The notes under the pieces were generated by a model. That model did no database searches, was not told the origin of the DNA, and saw nothing but the letters and a program-made list of their open reading frames with translations. Made by a program: the position numbers and the translations under genes. This document shows, piece after piece, positions 31,131-40,505 of a DNA stretch of 64,000 nt. How positions within the stretch are numbered: the stretch's first letter is position 1; each line of letters starts with the position of its first letter. The DNA comes from an uncultured Actinomycetes bacterium (lineage in GTDB: Bacteria > Actinomycetota > Thermoleophilia > Gaiellales > JAICJC01): the NCBI GenBank assembly GCA_963701125.1, contig OY969568.1, positions 110,914 through 174,913 on the forward strand, in the 5' to 3' direction.

Positions 31131-31650
31131 GGCGGGCCTGGACGACCGTTCGGTACACGGTCAGGTCCGAGGCCGAGAAGAGGACGAAAACGAGCCGGCG
31201 GACGTGGGCCGAGATCTGGGCCGCGGCGAGCGCCGTGGACACCGCGACCGTCGCCGCGAGGTCGATCGGATACCCGTAGACCCCGGTCGAGATGGCGGGG
31301 AACGAGATCGACTCGCAGCCGAGCCCGTCGGCAACCTGGACGGCGCGGCGGTAGGCCGACGCAAGCTGCTGGTCCTCGCCGGCGCCACCGCCGTGCCACA
31401 CAGGGCCGACCGCGTGAATGACGTGACGGGCAGGCAGGTTCCCGGCACCGGTGGCCTTCGCGTCGCCGGTCGGGCACCCGCCGAGCGCCCGGCACTCGGC
31501 CATGATCGCCGGGCCGCCAACACGATGGATCGCCCCGTCGACGCCGCCCCCGCCCAGCAGCCTGCTGTTCGCGGCGTTGACGATCGCATCGACCGCGATC
31601 GTCGTGATGTCGCCCTGCACGAGCTCCACCGAGACACCCATCGCCGTCAC
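31120..31650 (-). CDS. macro domain protein (O-acetyl-ADP-ribose deacetylase / ADP-ribose-binding, YmdB-like)
   Basis: VQGDITTIAVDAIVNAANSRLLGGGGVDGAIHRVGG...HVIHAVGPVW...SISFPAISTGVYGYP are canonical macro domain motifs. Confidence 0.9.
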   Translation of the reverse strand: MTAMGVSVELVQGDITTIAVDAIVNAANSRLLGGGGVDGAIHRVGGPAIMAECRALGGCPTGDAKATGAGNLPARHVIHAVGPVWHGGGAGEDQQLASAYRRAVQVADGLGCESISFPAISTGVYGYPIDLAATVAVSTALAAAQISAHVRRLVFVLFSASDLTVYRTVVQARLSG

Positions 31651-31682
31651 GATACTCCCGCGCGGACCGGTACGATTTCGGC

Positions 31683-31943
31683 ATGTGGATCATCGAGGCC
31701 ATCATCGTCGGGCTGATCGTCGGCTGGATCGCGCGCGTGCTCGTGCCGGGGAAGCATCCGCACGGGCTGATCGTGACGGCGATCGTCGGCATCGCCGGGT
31801 CGGTGGTCGCCACGGCAGGCGGGAAGGCGGCCGGCATCTACCACTCCGGTCAGTCCGCGAGCTTCCTCGCGTCGATCGTCGGCGCCGTCATCCTGCTGCT
31901 GGCGCTGCAGGCCCTGAGCGGCCGCGGCGTCGCCCGCCGCTAG
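31683..31943 (+). CDS. GlsB/YeaQ/YmgE family stress-response membrane protein
   Basis: 86 aa with three hydrophobic helices. The pattern IVGLIVGWIARVLVPGK...GLIVTAIVGIAGSVV is typical of the transglycosylase-associated (YeaQ) family. Confidence 0.85.
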   Translation: MWIIEAIIVGLIVGWIARVLVPGKHPHGLIVTAIVGIAGSVVATAGGKAAGIYHSGQSASFLASIVGAVILLLALQALSGRGVARR

Positions 31944-32170
31944 GGCAGCGTCACGAAAAGCCGCGCGTGCGACGTGCCGTGGCCGTCCGAGGCCTGGCCC
32001 TCGATGACGTAGCGCCCCGGCGGCGACTTGGCGGTCACCCTGACCCGGAACACGTTCTTCCACACGATGCCGGGGGCGAGCGTGCCGGCGGTGGCGCCGC
32101 CCGTGCCGCCGGTCGGCGTCTGCCACGTGTCGCCGACCTGCGCGTCCTTGAGGTCGTTGCCGATCGGCAC
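31940..32170 (-). CDS. small hypothetical protein (76 codons), possibly a remnant beta-sandwich domain
   Basis: 75 of 76 codons end in G/C, a strong coding signature. GTG start lies only 31 nt from the divergent miaB ATG. No signal peptide and no family recognised. Confidence 0.45.
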   Translation of the reverse strand: MPIGNDLKDAQVGDTWQTPTGGTGGATAGTLAPGIVWKNVFRVRVTAKSPPGRYVIEGQASDGHGTSHARLFVTLP

Positions 32171-32201
32171 CGGGCGCGCCGCCGGTACAGTTCGTGCCGG
32201 G

Positions 32202-33521
32202 ATGAAGCGCTATCACGTGACCACCTTCGGCTGCCAGATGAACGTCCACGACTCCGAGCGGATCAAGGGCCTGCTCGAGTCGGTGGGGCTGGGGGAGGCG
32301 CAGGCGCCCGACGACGCCGACTTCCTCGTCTTCAACACGTGCACGATCCGCGAGAAGGCCGACGACCGCCTGATCGCCCACCTGATGGACGCGAGGGCGG
32401 CCAAGCTGCGCGACCCGGGCAAGGTGATCGTCGTCGGCGGCTGCTGGTCGGAGTCGATGAAGGACGAGCTCTTCGACCAGTACCCGTTCGTCGACCTCGC
32501 GTTCGGGCCCGGCAACATCCACCGCCTGGGCGACTTCATCCAGGCCGGCGGCGAGATCCCGCGCGGGCATTTCTCGACGTTCGACAGCTTCGCCGGCGAG
32601 CTGCCGCTGAAGCGCGACCGCGACCACCAGGCCTGGCTGCAGATCTCGACCGGCTGCAACTGCAACTGCGCCTACTGCATCGTTCCGAGCGTGCGCGGGC
32701 GCGAGCACAGCCGTCATCCCGACGACCTCGTGCGCGAGGCGACCGTCCTCGCGGCCGACGGCGTCCGCGAGCTGACGCTGCTCGGCCAGAACGTGAACTC
32801 CTACGGCCGCGACCTGCGTCCGGGCGTGGCGACCAGCTTCGCCGAGCTTCTGCGCGCGCTCGACGCGGTGCCGGGGATCGACCGGATCCGGTTCACGAGC
32901 CCGCACCCGAAGGACATGCGCGGCGACGTGATCGCGGCGATGGCCGAGTCGCCCGCCGTCTGCGAGCACCTGCATCTGCCCGTCCAGTCGGGCTCGACGC
33001 GGGTGCTGAAGGCGATGCGGCGCACCTACTCACGCGAGCGCTACCTCGCGCTGGTCGAACGCATCCGCGAGGCCATCCCGGGCATCGCGCTCACGACCGA
33101 CATCATCGTCGGCTTCCCCGGCGAGACCGACGCGGAGTTCGCGGACACACTCTCGCTGGTCGATGCGGTCGGCTACGACCACGCGTTCACGTTCGTCTAC
33201 TCCCCTCGGCGCGGGACGGACGCCGCCCGGATGCAGGATCAGGTGCCGGACGCCGTCAAGAAGGAGCGCATCCAGCAGCTCGTCGATCGCGTCCAGCATC
33301 ACGCCGGCGCGCGCAATGCGGCGCTCGTCGGCACCGTCCAGGAGGTGCTCGTCGAGGGGCCGAGCCGCACCGATGCCGCCATCCTGCGGGGCCGCACGCG
33401 GACGAACAAGGCCGTCAACTTCCCGGGCGACGCGCCCGCGGGCACGCTCGTCGACGTGCACATCACGCGGTCGACGTCGCAGACGCTCGCCGGGCGGCCC
33501 GCCGCCCCCGTCGCCGCGTAG
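32202..33521 (+). CDS. miaB: tRNA (N6-isopentenyl adenosine(37)-C2)-methylthiotransferase MiaB
   Basis: UPF0004 domain (YHVTTFGCQMNVHDSE), radical-SAM CxxxCxxC (GCNCNCAYCIVP) and a TRAM domain at the C-terminus. Confidence 0.93.
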   Translation: MKRYHVTTFGCQMNVHDSERIKGLLESVGLGEAQAPDDADFLVFNTCTIREKADDRLIAHLMDARAAKLRDPGKVIVVGGCWSESMKDELFDQYPFVDLAFGPGNIHRLGDFIQAGGEIPRGHFSTFDSFAGELPLKRDRDHQAWLQISTGCNCNCAYCIVPSVRGREHSRHPDDLVREATVLAADGVRELTLLGQNVNSYGRDLRPGVATSFAELLRALDAVPGIDRIRFTSPHPKDMRGDVIAAMAESPAVCEHLHLPVQSGSTRVLKAMRRTYSRERYLALVERIREAIPGIALTTDIIVGFPGETDAEFADTLSLVDAVGYDHAFTFVYSPRRGTDAARMQDQVPDAVKKERIQQLVDRVQHHAGARNAALVGTVQEVLVEGPSRTDAAILRGRTRTNKAVNFPGDAPAGTLVDVHITRSTSQTLAGRPAAPVAA

Positions 33522-33528
33522 GTCCGCA

Positions 33529-34429
33529 GTGGTGGTGGCCATCTTCGGGCCGACGGCGTCGGGTAAGAGCGCGGTCGCGATCGCCCTCGCCGAGCGGATC
33601 GGCGGCGAGATCGTCTCGTGCGACGCCATGCAGCTCTACCGCGGCCTGCCGATCCTGACGAACCAGCCGTCGCCGGACGACCTGCACCGCGTCCCGCACC
33701 ATGCGGTGGCCGTGTGGGACACCGATCACGCCGGGTCGGTGGCGGAGTACGCCGCGCTCGCCCACGCCGCCATCGACGACGTGCTCGCGCGCGGGCGAAC
33801 GCCGGTCGTGTGCGGCGGCAGCGGCCTCTATCTGCGGGCGGCGCTCGCCGACATGCCGCTGCCGCCGCGCGTCGCTGCGGACGAGCGGGAGCGGTTCGAG
33901 CACCTGTACGACCGGGCCGGCGCCGAGGCCGCCCACATCGCGCTCGCCACGGCCGATCCGCGTCGCCGCGGCGGCGGTGCACCGAAACGATCGCCGCCGG
34001 GTGGTGCGGGCGCTCGAGCTGCATGCCGCCGGTGCGAGCCTCTCCCCCGAGCACGACCGGCTGTGGGCCGCGGACCGGCGGCACGAGACCGTGCTCGTCG
34101 GCCTCGACGTGCCGCCGGCGCTCGTCGCCGGGCGGATCGCCGACCGAACGCGGTCGATGTTCGCGCGCCGGGTCGCCGACGAGGTGCGCGCCGCCCGCGC
34201 CACGCGGCCGTTCTCGCTCACGGCGGAGCGCATCCACGGCCTCCAGGACGTCACCGACCTCCTGTCGGGCAGGATCGATCAGGCCGAGGCGGAACGACGG
34301 CTCATGGTCCGCACCCGCCGCTATGCCAAGCGCCAGCGCACGTGGATGCGGCGCCTGCCCGACCTGGTGACGGTCGCAGGCGGCCGCGACGCCGCCGACG
34401 TCGCGGCCGACGTCGAGGCGGCGCTGTGA
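33529..34429 (+). pseudogene. miaA: tRNA dimethylallyltransferase MiaA, frame interrupted by an apparent 1-nt insertion near 33961
   Basis: P-loop IFGPTASGKSAVAI, DAMQLYRGLPILTNQP, VVCGGSGLYLRA in frame 1 up to ...ALATADP. Frame 2 continues VAAAAVHRNDRRRVVRALE...YAKRQRTWMRRL. Confidence 0.88.
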
Positions 34430-34830
34430 CCGGCCGGCGCGAGCACGACGCCGTGCGCGAGGCACGCGACGCCCTCGTGATCCTGACGGCGGCGGCTCCG
34501 GCGGTGGCCGTCACGGCCCTCCTGCTCGGGCTCGCCGGCGGCGACGTGCTGGGCTGGGCGCGCTGGGTGATCGGGCCGCTGGTCGTCGCGCTGCTCCTGC
34601 TGGGGACGCTCGGCTCGGCCCTGCTGCTGGCGGATCGCCTCGGCGCGCGCTTCCTGCGCGCCCGCCCACACGCCATCGGCCGGGTGACGCTGATCGCCGC
34701 GGCGGTCGCGGTGAGTCTGGCGCTCGTGGACGGCCTGCCGGCCACGTGGCCAATCGTGATCGGCTTTGCGCTCGTATGCGGACTGCTCGCGATGGTGATC
34801 CTGGTCGGCGCCGCCCTGGGCACGCACTGA
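34426..34830 (+). CDS. hypothetical integral membrane protein
   Basis: GTG start overlaps the miaA stop. 134 aa with four predicted hydrophobic helices and high GC3. Confidence 0.55.
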   Translation: MTGRREHDAVREARDALVILTAAAPAVAVTALLLGLAGGDVLGWARWVIGPLVVALLLLGTLGSALLLADRLGARFLRARPHAIGRVTLIAAAVAVSLALVDGLPATWPIVIGFALVCGLLAMVILVGAALGTH

Positions 34831-34832
34831 GC

Positions 34833-35498
34833 ATGACGCAGAGCCCCGGAGATCTGGTCACCGAGACGCTCGACTACGACGGCGGCCGGCAGGTCACGGT
34901 GTACGTCCCGCGCGTTGCGCCCGAGGCGGTCGTGTTCGCCGGCGACGGCCAGATGATCGCGCAGTGGGGCGGAGCCCTCGAGGCGGCCGGCGTCCCGTCC
35001 ACGATGATCGTCGGCGTGCACCGCACGGCCGATGAGACGGAGCGGCTTCATGAATATTCACCGGCCTTCGACCCGGAGCGATTCGCGGCACACGAGGCGT
35101 TCTTCGTCGAGGACGTCCGCCAATGGGCGCGGGGGCGTTTCGGAGTCGCCCTGCCCGCCGAACGCACCGCGGTGCTCGGTGTCTCGGCGGGTGGAGAGCT
35201 CTCGCTCGCCATCGGGCTGCGACATCCGGACATCTACGGTGCGGTCTTCTGCGCCTCGCCGGGCGCGGGTTATCGACCGCCCGATGCGATGCCCAGCCCG
35301 CTTCCGCGCGTGTACCTCGTGGCCGGCACGCGGGAGCCGTTCTTCCACGACAATGCGACCCGCTGGGCGCAGGCCTTGCGCGACGCGGCTGCGGACGTCG
35401 TGATGACCGAACGGGTCGGATCGCACGGCGATCCGTTCTGGCGGGAGGAGCTCCCGCGTATGGTGGCGTGGGCGTTGCGCTCACCCGACCCGGCGTAG
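34833..35498 (+). CDS. alpha/beta hydrolase, putative esterase family (enterochelin esterase-like)
   Basis: Nucleophile elbow GVSAGG, preceded by ...EYSPAFDPERFAAHEAFFVEDV..., typical of the PF00756-type esterase family. Confidence 0.7.
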   Translation: MTQSPGDLVTETLDYDGGRQVTVYVPRVAPEAVVFAGDGQMIAQWGGALEAAGVPSTMIVGVHRTADETERLHEYSPAFDPERFAAHEAFFVEDVRQWARGRFGVALPAERTAVLGVSAGGELSLAIGLRHPDIYGAVFCASPGAGYRPPDAMPSPLPRVYLVAGTREPFFHDNATRWAQALRDAAADVVMTERVGSHGDPFWREELPRMVAWALRSPDPA

Positions 35499-36146
35499 CC
35501 TCGCGGGCTCGTGGGTCGCCGCCTTGATCGGATCCGGGGGCGCATCAGCGATCGGCGTGACGAGCCGGATGCCCTGTGCGTCGACGGCGAACTCGAGGGC
35601 CGAGCCGGTCGGGACCTTGAACTGCCATCCGCTGGCCGGAGGGCCCTGCACGCGCAGCACGGCGAGGCGGAGCATGACGCCGTGTGAGACGGCGGCCACG
35701 GCCGCGCCGTTGTGACGCTCGCCCAGCAGCCGGAGTCCGTCGATCACGCGATCGGCTGCGTCTGCGATCGCCTCGCCGCCGGGACATCGCGCCTGCTCTG
35801 GGTCGTCCACGTAGCGCGCCCACTCCTCCGGATCGCGCGCCGCGCATTCCTCCTTGGTGAGGCCCGTCCATTCGCCGTAGTCGACGATCAAGAGCTGCGG
35901 CAGGTCGTCGATCCATCCGACACCGGCGGCAAGCGCGACGCTCCGCGCCACCTCGCGTGCACGGTCGAGCGGGCTCGCGTACACCGCCTCGAGACCGCGG
36001 GCGCGAAGTGAGATCGCCGCCTCGACCGCCTCCGCGCGTCCCCGCTCGTTGAGTGGGATGTCCAGCCTGCCGCGGAACCGCACCTCGCGGTTCATCGCCG
36101 TCTGTCCGTGCCGGACCAGGAACACCCGTGCTGCGCCCGTATGCAT
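35481..36146 (-). CDS. histidine phosphatase family protein (phosphoglycerate mutase-like)
   Basis: RHG catalytic motif (VFLVRHGQTAMN), ...YASPLDRA... and a second His (AVSHGVMLR). Confidence 0.85.
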   Translation of the reverse strand: MHTGAARVFLVRHGQTAMNREVRFRGRLDIPLNERGRAEAVEAAISLRARGLEAVYASPLDRAREVARSVALAAGVGWIDDLPQLLIVDYGEWTGLTKEECAARDPEEWARYVDDPEQARCPGGEAIADAADRVIDGLRLLGERHNGAAVAAVSHGVMLRLAVLRVQGPPASGWQFKVPTGSALEFAVDAQGIRLVTPIADAPPDPIKAATHEPARLRRVG

Positions 36147-36333
36147 CGCTGCCTCCCGAGGCTGCCGCTCGCGATCCGTCCGCCCGTCGCCCGCGAGGGC
36201 TATCTACACGTCTGGATACCCCGACTCTGTCCCGGTTGGAAGCGCCGGTCAATACGCGACAACTACGGCTCGTGACTCGTGAATACCCGGTGTCAGGCAC
36301 GCGTTATTCACGCCGCCGGTATCCTGCCGCCCG

Positions 36334-37136
36334 ATGCGATTCGAGAAGTGGCAGGCGGCCGGAAACGCGTATCTCGTCATCGAGCGCGGCGACCTTTCGA
36401 CCGCACTCACGGCCGCCCGGGTGCAGCGCATCTGCCATCCCGACCTGGGCGCCGGGAGCGACGGGATCCTGGTGCTCGATGCGATCGAGCCGGGGCACGC
36501 GCGCGTGCAGATCCTGAACCCCGACGGCGGCGAGGCCGAGTTCTCGGGCAACGGCAGCCGCATCGCCGCCGCCTACGTGTCGGGCCGTGACGGCCGTGTC
36601 GACGTCGTCCTCGAGACGCTCAAGGGCACCGTCTCGGGCACCGTCGACGGAGGATCGGTCACGATCGACGCCGGCGCCGCCACCCTCGAGGGCCCCGACC
36701 ACCGCCCCGGCGGCGGCGATCCGCCCGCGCCGCTCTACCAGTTCGTCTCGCTCGGCAACCCGCACTGCGTGATCGAGTCCGAGGGCGTCGACGGGCTCGA
36801 CCTGGCCGCGGTCGGCGCCCCGATCGAGCGCCATGCTGGTTCCCGAACCGCACGAACGTCGAGTTCTACCGGCCGCTCGGCGGCAACGACATCCGCATGC
36901 GCGTCTGGGAGCGGGGCGCCGGCGAGACGCTCTCGTCGGGCTCCGGATCGAGTGCGGCCGCGGTCGCCGCGGTCGTTGCCGGGCGCGCCGAGAGCCCGGT
37001 CTCGGTGCACACCGACGGCGGCGTGCTGATCGTCGCCGTCGACGCATCCCTCGGCGTGCGCCTGACCGGCCCGGTGCAGTGCGTCCACCGGGGCGAGTTC
37101 TCACCGCAGTTCACCGCCGCGCTGGGGGAGCTCTAG
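36334..37136 (+). pseudogene. dapF: diaminopimelate epimerase, frame interrupted by an apparent 1-nt deletion near 36838-36840
   Basis: MRFEKWQAAGNAYLVI...NPDGGEAEFSGNGSRI...VSLGNPHCV in frame 1 up to ...APIERHA. Frame 0 continues [41 protein letters not shown] (second active-site Cys region replaced by the SGSGS context). Confidence 0.88.
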
Positions 37137-37138
37137 CC

Positions 37139-38310
37139 GTGCGGATCGCAGCGCGCGTGCAGACCCTGCCGCCGTACCTGTTCGCCGAGCTCGAGCGCAA
37201 GATCGCCGAGCGCCGCAAGGCCGGGGTGGACGTGATCTCGCTCGGCATCGGCGATCCCGACCTGCCGACGCCGCCCGCGGTTGTCGCAGGAGGCCCGGCG
37301 CCAGGTGGCGCTGCCGGCCAACCACCGCTATCCGTCCAACCGCGGCCTGCCGGCCTTCCGCGAGGCCGTCGCCACCTTCTACGCCCGCCGCTTCGGGGTC
37401 ACGCTCGACCCCGACACCGAGGTGCTGCCGCTCCTGGGCGGCAAGGAGGGCGTCGCCCACGTGTGCTTTGCCGATGCTCGACCCGGGCGACGCCTGCCTG
37501 GCGGCCGACCCGGGATACCCGGTGTACACGTCGGGGACGCTGCTCGCGGGCGCCGAGCCCGTGCTGATGCCGCTGAGGGCGCAGCACGAGTTCCTGCCCG
37601 ACCTCGATGCGATCCCGGCGGCCGTGTCCGACCGCGCCAACCTGCTCTTCTGCAACTACCCGAACAACCCCACGGGGGCGGTGTGTGAGCTCGACTTCTT
37701 CGAGCGCCTGGCCGCGTTCGGCCTGCAGCGGGGCGTCCCGATCGTGCACGACAACGCCTACTCCGAGATCACGTTCGACGGCTACACGGCGCCGAGCTTC
37801 CTCGAGGCGCGCGGCGCGCGCGAGGCCGGCGTCGAGATGTTCTCGCTCTCGAAGGCCTACAACATGACCGGCTGGCGCGTCGGTGCGGCGGTGGGGAACG
37901 CCGAGATGATCGCTGCGCTCCTGAAGCTCAAGACGAACATCGACTCGGGCATGTTCGACGCCGTCCAGATGGCCGCCGCCGCCGCGCTCACGGGGCCGCA
38001 GGAGCACGTGCGCGAGATGTGCGCCGTCTACGCCCGCCGGCGCGACCTGGTGGTGGCCGCGCTCGCCGCAGTCGGCATCGAGGTGCCGCCGCCGCGGGGC
38101 ACGATGTACATCTGGGTGCCGGTGCCGGCCGGGCACACATCCGTGTCGTTCGCCGAGCTCGTCCTCGACCAGGCGGCGGTCGTCGTCTCGCCCGGATCCG
38201 CCTACGGGCCGAACGGCGAGGGCTACGTCCGGCTCTCGCTGACGATCTCAGACGACGATCTGCGCGAGGCCCTGTCGCGCATCGAGCAGCACCTGCGCGT
38301 GGCCGTCTAG
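37139..38310 (+). pseudogene. dapL: LL-diaminopimelate aminotransferase (class I/II aminotransferase, DapL-like) with two frame breaks (about 37286 and about 37473)
   Basis: [44 protein letters not shown], then break 1, then [32 protein letters not shown]...[13 protein letters not shown], then break 2. It continues [21 protein letters not shown]...NYPNNPTGA...SLSKAYNMTGWRVG (PLP lysine). Located next to dapF. Confidence 0.85.
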
Positions 38311-38350
38311 CCGCCCTGGGACGCCGCTGCGGGCTCCATATACTGCCTTC

Positions 38351-39613
38351 GTGACCCAGATCACCACCGACACGGCTCCCGAGCGCGGGGTCGTGGTGGC
38401 GTCGCTTGTCCCGGGCAGCGACGGCGCGGACGAGCTCGACGAGATGCGCGAGCTCCTGCGCACCGCCCGGGTGGACGCCGTCGCGACGCTCGTGCAGCAC
38501 CGCCGCCGGCCGGATCCGCGCACCTACCTCGGCCCGGGCAAGCTCGACGAGCTGCGCGAGCTCGCAACCCAGGTCAAGGCCGAGGTGATCGTCTCGGACG
38601 ACGAGCTCTCGCCGCGGCAGCAGCGCACGCTTGAGGACGCGCTCGAGATGCGCGTCGTCGACCGTACCGCGGTCATCCTCGACATCTTCGCCCAGCACGC
38701 CCACACCGCCGAGGGCAAGCTCCAGGTCGAGCTCGCGCAGCTCGAGTACTCGCTCGCGCGCATGCGGGGGATGTGGAAGCACCTCGAACGCCTGGGCGGC
38801 GGCGTCGGCACGCGCGGCCCGGGCGAGACCCAGCTCGAGTCCGACCGGCGGATGGCACGACGGCGGCTGGCCCTGCTGCGCGCGCGGCTGCGCGACGTCG
38901 CCGCCCGGCGCGGGGTGATGCGGCGCAAGCGCAGCCGCTCGGCCATGCCCGCGGTGGCGCTCGCGGGCTACACGAACGTCGGCAAGTCGACGCTCCTGAA
39001 CGCGCTCACCGGATCGGACGTGAGCGTCGACGATCGGCTCTTCGAGACGCTCGACCCGACGACGCGCGCCTTCCGGGAGGAGGGCCGGGCGTACCTCGTG
39101 ACCGACACGGTCGGATTCATCGGCAAGCTGCCGCACACGCTCGTCGAGGCGTTCGCGGCCACGCTCGAGGAGACGCTCGCAGGCGATCTCGTGCTGCTCG
39201 TGGCCGACGCCTCGACCGGCGAGGAGGGCCTGAACCGGCAGCTCGCCGAGGTGCGCGCCGTCCTGGCCGATATCGGCGCCGACGAGATCCCGCAGATGCT
39301 CGTGGTGAACAAGATCGACGCCGTCGACGCCCTCGCCCGCCGGCGCCTCGCCAACCGCTTTCCCGACGCGGTGCTGATCTCGGCCCGCACCGGCGAGAAT
39401 CTGCACGAGCTGAAGCAGCGCGTCGCGGCGTTCTTCAGCGGCCGCTATGTCGACGTGCGGCTGCTCGTGCCGCACGCGGACGGCGGCGAGCTGTCCGCCC
39501 TGTATGCGACCGGCGCGCCGATCACCGCCCGCGAGGACGCGGCCGAGGGCGTGCTCGTGACGGCGCGCCTTCCGCGTGAGATGGTGGGCCGGTTCGCCGC
39601 CTACCGCGTATGA
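38351..39613 (+). CDS. hflX: GTPase HflX
   Basis: HflX N-domain (DRTAVILDIFAQHAHTAEGKLQVELAQLEY), G1 GYTNVGKSTL, DTVGF, NKID. Confidence 0.93.
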   Translation: MTQITTDTAPERGVVVASLVPGSDGADELDEMRELLRTARVDAVATLVQHRRRPDPRTYLGPGKLDELRELATQVKAEVIVSDDELSPRQQRTLEDALEMRVVDRTAVILDIFAQHAHTAEGKLQVELAQLEYSLARMRGMWKHLERLGGGVGTRGPGETQLESDRRMARRRLALLRARLRDVAARRGVMRRKRSRSAMPAVALAGYTNVGKSTLLNALTGSDVSVDDRLFETLDPTTRAFREEGRAYLVTDTVGFIGKLPHTLVEAFAATLEETLAGDLVLLVADASTGEEGLNRQLAEVRAVLADIGADEIPQMLVVNKIDAVDALARRRLANRFPDAVLISARTGENLHELKQRVAAFFSGRYVDVRLLVPHADGGELSALYATGAPITAREDAAEGVLVTARLPREMVGRFAAYRV

Positions 39614-40056
39614 CCGAACTGCTCGTCCGTCGCCTCCACCCCGATGCCCACCTGCCCGCCGGCGCCTATCCAGGCGACGCCGGGCTCGACCTCGCGAGCG
39701 TCGAGGAGGTCGTGCTCGGACCGGGCGAGCGGCGCACGGTCGCGACCGGCCTCGCCGTCGCCATCCCCGAAGGACATGCCGGCTTCGTCCAGCCACGCTC
39801 GGGGCTCGCCGCGCGGCACGGCATCACGGTCGTGAACGCGCCCGGGCTGATCGACTCCGGCTATCGCGGGGAGCTCAAGGTCGTGCTCCTGAACACCGAC
39901 CGGGCCGAGCCGTTCCACATCCGGCCCGGCGATCGCATCGCCCAGCTGGTCGTGGTTGCGGTGCCCGGCGTGGAGGTGGTGGAGACGGCAGAGCTGCCGC
40001 CTTCGGAGCGGGCGGAGCGCGGGTTCGGGTCGTCGGCGGTGAGCCGCCGAGCGTGA
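39610..40056 (+). CDS. dut: dUTP diphosphatase
   Basis: GDAGLDL, RSGLAARHGI, GLIDSGYRGEL, ERGFGSS are the five dUTPase motifs. The start overlaps the hflX stop. Confidence 0.93.
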   Translation: MTELLVRRLHPDAHLPAGAYPGDAGLDLASVEEVVLGPGERRTVATGLAVAIPEGHAGFVQPRSGLAARHGITVVNAPGLIDSGYRGELKVVLLNTDRAEPFHIRPGDRIAQLVVVAVPGVEVVETAELPPSERAERGFGSSAVSRRA

Positions 40057-40505
40057 GCGAGCCGCGCATCCGCGTCGGAGCGCTGCTGCGGCATGGCGAC
40101 GCGGTGCTCCTGCTGCGGCAGGAGAAGGCCGGCCGCTCGTACTGGCTGCTGCCCGGGGGCGGGGTGGAGGAGGGGGAGTCGCTGCACGTGGCGCTCGCCC
40201 GCGAGCTCTCCGAGGAGTGCGGTCTGGAGGGGCTGACGCTCGACGGGCCGATCGCGATCGTCGAGTCGATCGCCCCCGCAGGCATGCGGCCCCGCAAGCA
40301 CGTGGTGCACGTGATCTTCCACGCCGACGTCTCGGGTCGCAGCCTCGAGGGCGTGGCCTCGGCCGACGGCGCGGTGCACGGGCATCGGCTGGTGCACGCG
40401 GGCGAGCTCGCGACGGTCGATCTGCGCCCGCCGATCCACCGCTTCCTCGAGCGCTGGCGCCCGGGCGACCCGTTCGTGCACCTCGGCGAGCTGTGGGGGC
40501 GCTGA
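40053..40505 (+). CDS. NUDIX hydrolase
   Basis: Nudix box GGGVEEGESLHVALARELSEECGL. The GTG start overlaps the dut stop (GTGA). Confidence 0.85.
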   Translation: MSEPRIRVGALLRHGDAVLLLRQEKAGRSYWLLPGGGVEEGESLHVALARELSEECGLEGLTLDGPIAIVESIAPAGMRPRKHVVHVIFHADVSGRSLEGVASADGAVHGHRLVHAGELATVDLRPPIHRFLERWRPGDPFVHLGELWGR

